Part shown: in pieces, positions 18,957 to 27,199 of the stretch
How positions within the stretch are numbered: position 1 is the first letter of the stretch
Layout: each line of letters begins with the position of its first letter
Source: an uncultured Bacillota bacterium
GTDB taxonomy: Bacteria; Bacillota_I; Bacilli_A; RF39; UBA660
Direction of reading: 5' to 3'
Assembly (NCBI GenBank): GCA_946617625.1
Contig: CAMOKF010000001.1
Coordinates: 22,064 to 86,063, forward strand
Length of the DNA stretch: 64,000 nt
Program-made: the position numbers and the translations under genes
Notes under the pieces: model-generated
Database searches by the model: none
Seen by the model: the letters and a program-made list of their open reading frames with translations, nothing else
Told to the model about the DNA's origin: nothing

Positions 18957-20117
18957 CTAAATAATTTTACTTAAACTATAAAATTTATCTTTACTATATT
19001 TAGCCAACTTTATATTATTTGGATTACATTGATTTATATAAATAATGTCATTATTATATAGTTGTTTACTACTAAATGCATTTTTTATTTGTTTTGATAT
19101 ATATCTTATAAAATTAACTGGAACACCTTGAGCAATACATTGAATAATTGGTGTTTTACATCTAGGTGTAAACTTAAAATCATTTGGATAACCCATCAAA
19201 GCAGCATACTCTCTTACGTAAAAATCTCTATTTTCTATTGGATGTATTATTTTAACGACAGACGCTAATGATGGAGCTCTATCATTTAATTTTGGTCTAT
19301 ATGGAGACTTGTCCCATATATTTTTATTATTATTAATCTTATCTTTAATTTTTATAATATCTTTTTTAACACTATCTGATAAATCTAAATCATCTAGATG
19401 TTCTACCTTAGATAATGCTACATATAAGCTCTCCTTTTCTTCTACCTTATCATAAAACTTAAACAACGATTCATCAGATTGTTCTGTAAAATTGCAATCA
19501 GTAGAAGAATAATCTATATTATTTAATACATTTTCTATATTGCAACGTTTACTATCTTGAACTATTTTAGGAATACCTGAAAAATTATCTCTGTTCCAAC
19601 CTATTATAAAAGTTCTACGTCTATGCATTGCAACATTATGATTACCGGCAATATCATTAATGATAGTAAATCTATAATTAGATAATAATTTTATCATATC
19701 TTTTAATATGGGCAAACCAGTAGTAGTCAATGTTGGAGCATTCTCTATTAAAAATGCTTTTGGATTAATTCTGTCTACCATTTTAAAAACATTATATAAA
19801 TATTTATTTACATCATTATCTACTTTAGCATTTCTATTTATAGAAGAAAGTCCTGAACAAGGTGGATTTGAAAATAGTAAATCGTAGTTTTCATCTTTTA
19901 ATTCATTTAAATAAGATTCATTATTTTCATATTCACTTGGAAGCTTTACTTCTATTTCTGGATAGTTTAACTTAAAATAGTGTGCATTTTGTTCTAACAT
20001 ATCATCGGTCATTTCAAGAATAGTATTTACATCCCATCCTTCTAGTAAATGACCTATAGTTTGACTTCCAGAAAATATATACATACCAATAGCTTTCATA
20101 ATTAGTCTCCTATGCAC
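18957..20117 (-). CDS. DNA (cytosine-5)-methyltransferase-like protein
   Basis: Motif I-like IFSGSQTIGH, motif IV FSNPPCSGLSSIN (Pro-Cys catalytic dipeptide), ENAP (motif VI ENV-like). Confidence 0.6.
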   Translation of the reverse strand: MHRRLIMKAIGMYIFSGSQTIGHLLEGWDVNTILEMTDDMLEQNAHYFKLNYPEIEVKLPSEYENNESYLNELKDENYDLLFSNPPCSGLSSINRNAKVDNDVNKYLYNVFKMVDRINPKAFLIENAPTLTTTGLPILKDMIKLLSNYRFTIINDIAGNHNVAMHRRRTFIIGWNRDNFSGIPKIVQDSKRCNIENVLNNIDYSSTDCNFTEQSDESLFKFYDKVEEKESLYVALSKVEHLDDLDLSDSVKKDIIKIKDKINNNKNIWDKSPYRPKLNDRAPSLASVVKIIHPIENRDFYVREYAALMGYPNDFKFTPRCKTPIIQCIAQGVPVNFIRYISKQIKNAFSSKQLYNNDIIYINQCNPNNIKLAKYSKDKFYSLSKII

Positions 20118-21370
20118 ATATTATATAGCTTTTTCATCATAATATCTCTATCAAAGACAGATTTATAATAATTATAAGCGTTATTTCTATACTCATCGTA
20201 TAAATCCATATTAGAATTAAGCTCATTCATAAGATTAAGTGTTTCTAAAGGATTATTTTCATCATACACAATTGTACCAATATCTTTTAGAGTATAATTA
20301 TCTAGTCTATCTCCACAGAAATTAGCACTATCATACAAATCTTTTCTAATAATTGGAATTGTACCACAAGCTACTATTTCTAATAAAGTTATTTCTAACT
20401 GTCCACCAAACTGTGGTCCAGTAAAAGTGAAAAACATACCAAATTTTGCTTTACTCAATCTCTCTAAAGCTTCTAATCTTACATATGGTCCATATATTTC
20501 CAAAGGATGATTACGATAATTTTCTATATTTTCTAAAACATCTTTTGGATTACCATTATCATTATAATTATTATCTTTTCTTAAGTCACCATATTTATTA
20601 GTTTTAGAATCATATTCCCATATAGCTTGCTTAGCATTTATAGAACGTTCAATTCCTTCAGCCACTGAAACATAATTATTATTCATAAGATATTCATAAT
20701 GAAATTCTCTAAAATACGTCCAACCCTTCCATAAAGCGGAACGTCCAATGAACCAACAAGTCTTATCTATCTTATCATTTGTCCAAAATCTATTTCTTAA
20801 ATCTTCGAAGTCTGTAGATATTAATTGTAACTGTTCTATTTTATAATTAGGTTTATCATTAATTAATGGTTTATTAATTAATGGCTTTACTTTTTTATTT
20901 ATAAACTTAGTACAAAAATCTGCTTGTTTATGATGAACAATAATTTTATCTAGAATACTAAAAAATCTCTTTATATAAGAACTATCTAAACAATAAAAAT
21001 TGCGATTAATGCTATGAATCTTATTATCTACTTGAAGATATACTAATTTTGTCCCATTATTATGCATATTTTCTAAAGTCAATAGAAAATTTTCAATAGT
21101 TTCTTCTGGATAATTTTTAGCTGGAACAGACATTATAATACATATATCTGGATTAAAACCAATTTTAGTATCTTCTAATAAACCTTCTTTAATAAAAGAA
21201 TGTTCCACAAAATCAGTTTCTTGCATATTTTTTCTACCCCAAGATTTGTCAGTTCCAGTAATAGTAATTACATTATTATTAATAGATTTTATATATTCTT
21301 CTAATTCAATAGTAATTCTAGTATTACCAGTACCTTCTGTACCTCTGGCTAATAGTAATAAAACGTTCAT
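20102..21370 (-). CDS. GT-B-fold glycosyltransferase (GT4-like)
   Basis: C-terminal FGMFFTFTGPQFGGQLEITLLEIVACGTIPII resembles the E-x7-E donor-binding motif region of GT4 enzymes. Confidence 0.5.
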   Translation of the reverse strand: MNVLLLLARGTEGTGNTRITIELEEYIKSINNNVITITGTDKSWGRKNMQETDFVEHSFIKEGLLEDTKIGFNPDICIIMSVPAKNYPEETIENFLLTLENMHNNGTKLVYLQVDNKIHSINRNFYCLDSSYIKRFFSILDKIIVHHKQADFCTKFINKKVKPLINKPLINDKPNYKIEQLQLISTDFEDLRNRFWTNDKIDKTCWFIGRSALWKGWTYFREFHYEYLMNNNYVSVAEGIERSINAKQAIWEYDSKTNKYGDLRKDNNYNDNGNPKDVLENIENYRNHPLEIYGPYVRLEALERLSKAKFGMFFTFTGPQFGGQLEITLLEIVACGTIPIIRKDLYDSANFCGDRLDNYTLKDIGTIVYDENNPLETLNLMNELNSNMDLYDEYRNNAYNYYKSVFDRDIMMKKLYNMCIGD

Positions 21371-21381
21371 AAATTAATTCC

Positions 21382-21612
21382 TTAGTCATTACTTTCTTTA
21401 AACTCTGGCATCTCTGTTCTAGGTCCAACATTAATGCTTATACTAAAATTGTTTACTCTGTAATTATTGCTACTTCCTTCTAGTGTTGATTGCATATTAA
21501 TATCAGTCTCAATTTCATCGTAATCTTCTAAATTTCTTAAGTTAGCATCCAATTCTTTTTTAAACTTTTTAATAATTACATCTTTATATCTCTTAATATC
21601 ATCTTTATTCAT
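21382..21612 (-). CDS. hypothetical protein
   Basis: ORF in minus-strand array. Confidence 0.4.
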   Translation of the reverse strand: MNKDDIKRYKDVIIKKFKKELDANLRNLEDYDEIETDINMQSTLEGSSNNYRVNNFSISINVGPRTEMPEFKESND

Positions 21613-21614
21613 CT

Positions 21615-22928
21615 TTAATTCTCCTTTATTATTTCTAATTCTATTAATTTATTTTTAAAATCTTTTTTAGATATAAATAAATCATCTACATAATTAACTA
21701 AAGCTGTTCTATATAAAAGTAATTTTTTAATGTTTAACACTTCATTACTTGATTCTAATGTACCATATGCAATATCTTTAAAAAATTGAATATCCTTATC
21801 ATATATATGTAGTGACATTGCATAATGATTATATGTTCCTACGTCTACATCTAACAATTCTGCTATATACTTTTGCAATGAAATGAAAAATCCTAAATCA
21901 TTAAGTACGCCATATCTCAAATCATTGCTACGCATAATTGTTGTACTATGTAATTTTTTATTTCTTATTTGATAGTTTAAACATATTGTACAAGGTTCAT
22001 CTTTAGTCTCTATTACTTTTTTATTAGGTATATTAATGTTTATAATAGCTCTTCTTGAATATGGGTCTTTTTTAAGCAATTCTACTATTTTTTCTATTTG
22101 ATTAAATCCATATTTTTGCTGTATTAAATACCCATAAGCCGAATTTGCAGTTAATCCATCATCTGAAACCTTTTCCCATAAACTAGCAAACTTACTAATA
22201 AATTTCAAATCATTTCTAGATGACCAATACCATAATAATTCTGCTGCTAAATATGTTAAATTAGTACCACCAGATTTCAAAGAAACATATTCATTATCTA
22301 AATCTGAAATAGAAAAACTATAATTACATAACTCTAAAGTGTGTCCTCTAGTATTTCTAGTTTCCATTGGATGTCCATTTTCTAAAACATCTCTGGCAAC
22401 TTGTCTATAAACAATGTTAGTAGTAGTTTTTCCATAATGACTATCTATCCAAGAATCTAACTTATCATAAGCATTATCTTCAGCTATATCGATAATATAA
22501 AAATTCTTATAATTATATTTATCTTTAAAATCCTTAGCTAATTTAGTAAAATGCTTATTTTGTGCTTCCATTATTGGAATAAAGCTATCTTCTCCACGTT
22601 CTTTGAGTCTTTTATTTATAATACTCATATCACTACTTATAAATACTATAAATAAATCATTATTATCTATAATTCTTTTGTTGATAGTTTCATATTCTTG
22701 AATACTTAACTTACAATCTCTATTATAAATAATTGGATATATCATTTCTCCAAAATGAAATCTTTCTAAAACTACATTATTTTGATAATCTAGTAAATTT
22801 ATATGATAGCCAAAATCATTTCTAGTTTTAGATGTAGAGTTAATTATAGACATATTATATTTAATTTTTAATTTATTCGATAATGTTGTTTTACCAGCTG
22901 CATCTAAACCTTCTAATATAATATTCAT
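21615..22928 (-). CDS. fusion: P-loop dNMP kinase domain + thymidylate-synthase/dNMP-hydroxymethylase-family domain
   Basis: N-term MNIILEGLDAAGKTTL (dNMP/thymidylate-kinase P-loop); C-term aligns with ThyA: ELLWYW, DPYSRRAIININ (RRIIVSAWN), DEPCTICLNYQI (catalytic PC), TIMRSNDLRYGVLNDLGF (QLYQRSCDVFLGLPFNI), SLHIY (THLY). Confidence 0.75.
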   Translation of the reverse strand: MNIILEGLDAAGKTTLSNKLKIKYNMSIINSTSKTRNDFGYHINLLDYQNNVVLERFHFGEMIYPIIYNRDCKLSIQEYETINKRIIDNNDLFIVFISSDMSIINKRLKERGEDSFIPIMEAQNKHFTKLAKDFKDKYNYKNFYIIDIAEDNAYDKLDSWIDSHYGKTTTNIVYRQVARDVLENGHPMETRNTRGHTLELCNYSFSISDLDNEYVSLKSGGTNLTYLAAELLWYWSSRNDLKFISKFASLWEKVSDDGLTANSAYGYLIQQKYGFNQIEKIVELLKKDPYSRRAIININIPNKKVIETKDEPCTICLNYQIRNKKLHSTTIMRSNDLRYGVLNDLGFFISLQKYIAELLDVDVGTYNHYAMSLHIYDKDIQFFKDIAYGTLESSNEVLNIKKLLLYRTALVNYVDDLFISKKDFKNKLIELEIIKEN

Positions 22929-22940
22929 ATGTAATTACTC

Positions 22941-23861
22941 CTATATCTTCATATACCAATTCTTCATAAAATCGCAATCACAGTTTAATGGTAAATCAAT
23001 TAAATCTGATGGAGCAGTTCTCATTAGATAAGATAATCTTTCTGCAACTTCTTTTTGATTTTCTTCAGGACACTCAACTATAACTTCATCGTGAACTTGA
23101 ATTATTAAATGCGCATCTAGTCTATTTAACTCTTCATCATTATTTATTTTAATCATAGCGAGCTTAGTCATATCGGCCGCGCTCCCTTGCACTCGCGAAT
23201 TAACACATTGTCTCTCTGCTTGTGATATAAATCCTGTATTATCTTTAATAACTATTCCATCATTTTTTCTTACATCTTGTATAAATTGATTTTTATTCTG
23301 CCAACCATAAATACTATTAAGTTCTTTAATATATGAATTCTTAATATTTATAGGTACCTCATTTGTATCTAAAGAAAAGTTTAATGGGTCAAATATTCTT
23401 GAATTTCCAGATAAATATTTAAAAGAGTATGGCTCTAATTGCATATCTGAAATGTGTCTTCGTCTTCCCCAAGCTGTAGTAACATACCCTTTCTCTTTAG
23501 CCATCTCTTGACTAGCTTCAATAAAATCTGCTAATTGTGGAAAAGCTCTTAACACAGCATCATATATCTCTTGAGCTTCTTTATTAGAAACATTTAATTG
23601 TTCAGCAATAGATGGAATCTGTCTTCCATAAAGAATACCTAATACAATACTCTTTGCCTGTGTTCTTCTTTCTTTACCTTCCACATTAGTTGAACCATCT
23701 TCATTGAACTCTAAGCATTCTTCATAACTTTTATGAAATGCTAAACTTGAAATAGTTGAATAAATATCTCTTCCATCGATAAATGCTTGCATCATCTTTT
23801 TATCTTGAGATAGATAAGAAGTAATCATTGGCTCCTGTTGTGACCTAAGAATAGTCAGCAC
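22941..23861 (-). CDS. family-A DNA polymerase, C-terminal part (motifs B and C); GTG start as drawn lacks motif A
   Basis: ITSYLSQDKKMMQAFIDGRDIY = PolI IMAHLSRDKGLLTAFAEGKDIH; motif B RTQAKSIVLGILYG; QGSAAD; motif C IQVHDEVIVE. Confidence 0.85.
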   Translation of the reverse strand: MLTILRSQQEPMITSYLSQDKKMMQAFIDGRDIYSTISSLAFHKSYEECLEFNEDGSTNVEGKERRTQAKSIVLGILYGRQIPSIAEQLNVSNKEAQEIYDAVLRAFPQLADFIEASQEMAKEKGYVTTAWGRRRHISDMQLEPYSFKYLSGNSRIFDPLNFSLDTNEVPINIKNSYIKELNSIYGWQNKNQFIQDVRKNDGIVIKDNTGFISQAERQCVNSRVQGSAADMTKLAMIKINNDEELNRLDAHLIIQVHDEVIVECPEENQKEVAERLSYLMRTAPSDLIDLPLNCDCDFMKNWYMKI

Positions 23862-23901
23862 CCACCATCACATATCTAGTTCTTGTTGCTAACTTTTTCA
23901 A
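23845..23901 (-). other. out-of-frame mini-ORF encoding polymerase motif A strand (TTG-KKLATRTRYVMVGADYS-TAG) with its own SD
   Basis: Minus strand AAAAGGGGGTGATAATAT-TTG...AGA TAT GTG ATG GTG GGT GCT GAC TAT TCT TAG; VMVGADYS = PolI VIVSADYS / T7 VLVGADAS; frame is -1 relative to 22941..23861. Confidence 0.4.
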
Positions 23902-23906
23902 TATTA

Positions 23907-24593
23907 TCACCCCCTTTTCCTATACCACTTTGGATATGTATATCTATTTCTTTTATAAGTATAATAACCTTGTTCTACACTTTGCTTAATTTTTCTTTGA
24001 TATACACACTCTGTTTTAGTATCAAATGGATTATCTATTTCTTTCCACCACTTCCAAGCATCTCTGTATGAATGAAATTCTAATTTTTCGCCTGTTTCCA
24101 TTATGCAATAACAACTTATTGACCTAGTATCACCAGTACCAAAATTATGGTTTCCTTTCATACTATTCGACAATCTTGCTCGGTGCTCATCAGTAAATAA
24201 TTCACCTAAAGCGGCTTTTCTCTTCATAGTTTCAGATATTTTCTTTCTTGTCTCTTCACTTCGCATACGTTTTTTATGTTTATCTCTAACATATGGTATG
24301 TCCATAACATTATTATCTCCGCCATCTACCATATTATAACCACTATTTATACTATCAAACTTATGTATGTAATAATTTTCTAGCTCATTTAATGTATCTT
24401 TATCTTCAGCAAAGCATATAACTTCCCAACTAAAATTATCTTCTCCATATTTTCTTATAGCACAATGAAATTGAACCTTACTACCATTTTTTGCGTCTCT
24501 AAGATGTCCTCTTTTTCTATCTAGTAATTTACGTCTTGTCTGTCCAATATACACTTTACCATTTATATTATTAGTAACCTTATATATTAACAA
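23907..24593 (-). CDS. GIY-YIG homing endonuclease (free-standing, inside polymerase gene)
   Basis: N-terminal IYKVTNNINGKVYIGQTRR...R..GH (GIY-YIG core), own SD GGAGGTG and TTG start. Confidence 0.85.
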   Translation of the reverse strand: MLIYKVTNNINGKVYIGQTRRKLLDRKRGHLRDAKNGSKVQFHCAIRKYGEDNFSWEVICFAEDKDTLNELENYYIHKFDSINSGYNMVDGGDNNVMDIPYVRDKHKKRMRSEETRKKISETMKRKAALGELFTDEHRARLSNSMKGNHNFGTGDTRSISCYCIMETGEKLEFHSYRDAWKWWKEIDNPFDTKTECVYQRKIKQSVEQGYYTYKRNRYTYPKWYRKRG

Positions 24594-24608
24594 ATAGTCA
24601 CCTCCAAT

Positions 24609-26126
24609 TTAATAATAAATTAATATATTATTATTGTCAGTAAGATTAACGATATTGGTGATAATAATCTCAAACTTGGCGTCGTTTTCGCTAACTAATA
24701 ATTTATCACCAACCACAAGATTACTAACGTATTTCCAGCCATCCGGCGTTTCAACCTCACTCCATTTTTTGACACAGAATGAATTATTAGACTCTTCTAC
24801 TATATCATCACTAGAATATGCTTTAAACATCGTTCTTATCTCTTTATTATGAGATGGAATATTCTGCATATTCGGGTCACTAGAACTAAATCTTCCTGTC
24901 TTAGCACCATATTGATTATAATTACAATGTATTCTACCATCATCATAAATAATTTCAGGCATCTTATCTATGTATGTAGACAACAATTTATCCGTTCCTC
25001 GTATATTTAAAATAGCCTCACATAAGTCTTTTTCTATATTATTTTGTGCAAAATGTTTAAGAATTTCTTCACCAGTACCTCTTGGAGATTTTTTAACTGG
25101 ACTTTCTAATTTTAAAATATCATAGAACAATATTGCAAGTTGTGTTGGACTTCCAATATTAATTGGGTCATTTAGTTTATGATTAGGATTATGTAGTTTA
25201 TATTGACTTATTTTTGAGTCATATTTATTTAGTATATTATTTATGACATCTGTCTGTTCTTCTCTAATTTTGTGATATTTATCTTTTAATTTATCACAAA
25301 CATCTAAATCAAGACAAACGCCTCTGTCTTCCATATCAGCACAAACATTTATAATAGGCATCTCAATATTTTTAAATACATTATATGGACCTTCCATATT
25401 ACTTTTTTCTAAAATATTCTTTTGATACTCATACAGCTCAAATGTTTTTATTGCATCTCCAGCTGCATATAAATATGCTGATGATATAGGAACTAAATCA
25501 AATGATACACCATTAAATAATTTATCAAATGTTAATGATTCTTTATCTAAACTATTACAATATTTTAAATGTAAATCTTTAAGTCCGTGTTTTTCGTTCT
25601 CGTTTATACAAAAACCAGCTAACATTGTATCCCAATAACATTCTAAATATAAATTCATAGTATGTCTTAATATTCTAATATCAAATTTAGCATTATGCAT
25701 AATCCATTTTCCATTGAATTTTTCTAATTCTAATTTAACATCATCAATATTTAACTGTGAATTTATTTTTTGACCAGTTATATACGATTTATGACCTATT
25801 GGAACATAAGCTGGTTTTTTGTTTGGAGTATAAAGACAAACACCAACTAAATCATCTCGCATAGTGTCTAATCCAGTAGTTTCTGTATCAATTGCACAAA
25901 TATTATTTTTAATAGCTTTCGAGATATATTCGCACAAATCATCTATGTTTTGAATTATTAGATATTTATCTTTATACTTACCAAGTTTATTTTCAGCACT
26001 AGAAACAATCTCCTGTATTTTAGCAGCAATATTATTAGTTCTTACGCTTTTAGGCTTAGCAGATTTAACTTTATTTAATAATTCCTTATCTGAAACTTTA
26101 GGTTTTTCAAATAAACCTCTCGCCAT
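24609..26126 (-). CDS. family-A DNA polymerase, N-terminal part (3'-5' exonuclease + first half of polymerase domain); last 55 codons Hint-like/intervening sequence
   Basis: Exo I ICAIDTETTGLD; pol region IIYDDGRIHCNYNQYGAKTGRFSSSDPNMQNIPSHNKEIRTMFKA = PolI [48 protein letters not shown]; homology stops at about residue 436. Confidence 0.9.
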   Translation of the reverse strand: MARGLFEKPKVSDKELLNKVKSAKPKSVRTNNIAAKIQEIVSSAENKLGKYKDKYLIIQNIDDLCEYISKAIKNNICAIDTETTGLDTMRDDLVGVCLYTPNKKPAYVPIGHKSYITGQKINSQLNIDDVKLELEKFNGKWIMHNAKFDIRILRHTMNLYLECYWDTMLAGFCINENEKHGLKDLHLKYCNSLDKESLTFDKLFNGVSFDLVPISSAYLYAAGDAIKTFELYEYQKNILEKSNMEGPYNVFKNIEMPIINVCADMEDRGVCLDLDVCDKLKDKYHKIREEQTDVINNILNKYDSKISQYKLHNPNHKLNDPINIGSPTQLAILFYDILKLESPVKKSPRGTGEEILKHFAQNNIEKDLCEAILNIRGTDKLLSTYIDKMPEIIYDDGRIHCNYNQYGAKTGRFSSSDPNMQNIPSHNKEIRTMFKAYSSDDIVEESNNSFCVKKWSEVETPDGWKYVSNLVVGDKLLVSENDAKFEIIITNIVNLTDNNNILIYY

Positions 26127-26127
26127 T

Positions 26128-26754
26128 TTAACCTCTTCTACTTCTTCTAGTTACTTGCTGTTCTGTATTGTCTTCACTACCATTTTCTGGAAATGCTCCA
26201 GTATCTATATAAGTATTAATTTCGTCTACAGTCTTATCTAGAATAAAACTTCCTAATAAATTAGGTCTTTCTACATCTTCAACATTTATTGGAGTAACAT
26301 CTGTAGCAGGTATTACTGTATATGTAGTATTTTGGTCACCTTTAGCTCCATTTCTAATTATTCTAAATGGTACTTTAGTAAAATCTGGATATTGAGTTGA
26401 ATAACCCTTCAATGTTTCTAAGAATTTTTTACCTCTTTGCCAAATCTTAACTTTCTTATCAGTGTGGTCGTAAAGACTCAAAATAATAACTGGCTTACGT
26501 TGGCTTCCTCTTTCACATAGTGGACATACATCTAATGGGTCATCATAATTTCTCTTACAATCTAAAAATCTAGTTTTAGATTGACCATTTTTGTACTTAA
26601 CTTCAACTTCGTGTACACTAAAAATATCTAAGTCATCTAAATCTTTAAATAAAAATTGTACTAGTGCACTATCATTGTTATTTTGAAGTTTAAACCAATC
26701 GTTACCAGTATTGTTTGAATAACTATCAACTTCATTAAAATTAATTCTTGCCAT
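26128..26754 (-). CDS. possible ssDNA-binding protein (T4 gp32-like zinc motif)
   Basis: H-x17-C-x10-C-x2-C (HEVEVKYKNGQSKTRFLDCKRNYDDPLDVCPLC) resembles gp32 His-Cys3 site; located next to polymerase and primase. Confidence 0.45.
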   Translation of the reverse strand: MARINFNEVDSYSNNTGNDWFKLQNNNDSALVQFLFKDLDDLDIFSVHEVEVKYKNGQSKTRFLDCKRNYDDPLDVCPLCERGSQRKPVIILSLYDHTDKKVKIWQRGKKFLETLKGYSTQYPDFTKVPFRIIRNGAKGDQNTTYTVIPATDVTPINVEDVERPNLLGSFILDKTVDEINTYIDTGAFPENGSEDNTEQQVTRRSRRG

Positions 26755-26805
26755 AGTTTTTCTCCCTTTCCTCTGTTTAATATTTTTTATAAAGTTTCTA
26801 TATGT

Positions 26806-26906
26806 GTGTATTTATCTCATTTTATAGCCTTTGTTTTACGTCCAATGCGTGAAAAACAAAATTGTAACATTTTTGTTTGATAAAAGGATAAATGAGATAA
26901 ATACAC
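26806..26906. repeat. 17-bp perfect inverted repeat (GTGTATTTATCTCATTT ... AAATGAGATAAATACAC) with 67-nt spacer in the SSB-gene leader
   Basis: Read directly; arms 26806..26822 and 26890..26906. Confidence 0.7.
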
Positions 26907-27161
26907 TTATTACAAAGAATAATTTAGTCAATATACAGTGGACGGTCTACTCTCTATTCCACAATTTAAGAGTTAATAATTCTACTTTTATAGGAGAGAT
27001 TCATAAAGAACTGACAACATAATAAAAATAAAATTAATAGACCTAGTGTTGCACAACTTTCTTTTAAGTTGGAAGTACGTCTTCCTAGACTCTTTTTCAT
27101 TTCTCTATGTATACTCGAAATGAAAATAATATATTATTATTCTTTATAAACTATAAATATA

Positions 27162-27190
27162 ATTATAATATACTTTTTACATATTGTAAA
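27162..27190 (-). promoter_or_regulatory. sigma-A-type promoter with TTTACA-N3-TGTAAA palindrome
   Basis: Minus strand TTTACAATATGTAAAAAGTATATTATAAT; 17-nt spacer; about 370-nt leader before the SSB-like gene. Confidence 0.55.
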
Positions 27191-27199
27191 CAGTAATAA

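Noticed and set aside
23862-24819. A conventional (cis) intein in the DNA polymerase
   Set aside because: The Hint-like block A is followed after 55 codons by a stop, the GIY-YIG gene has its own SD/TTG, and stops lie 2 codons before the C-terminal ORF, so there is no continuous intein ORF and no C-terminal splicing domain
27070-27095. GGAAGTACGTCTTCC hairpin followed by TAGACTCTTTTT as a plus-strand terminator
   Set aside because: Only a 5-bp AT/GC-mixed stem, and there is no plus-strand gene to terminate
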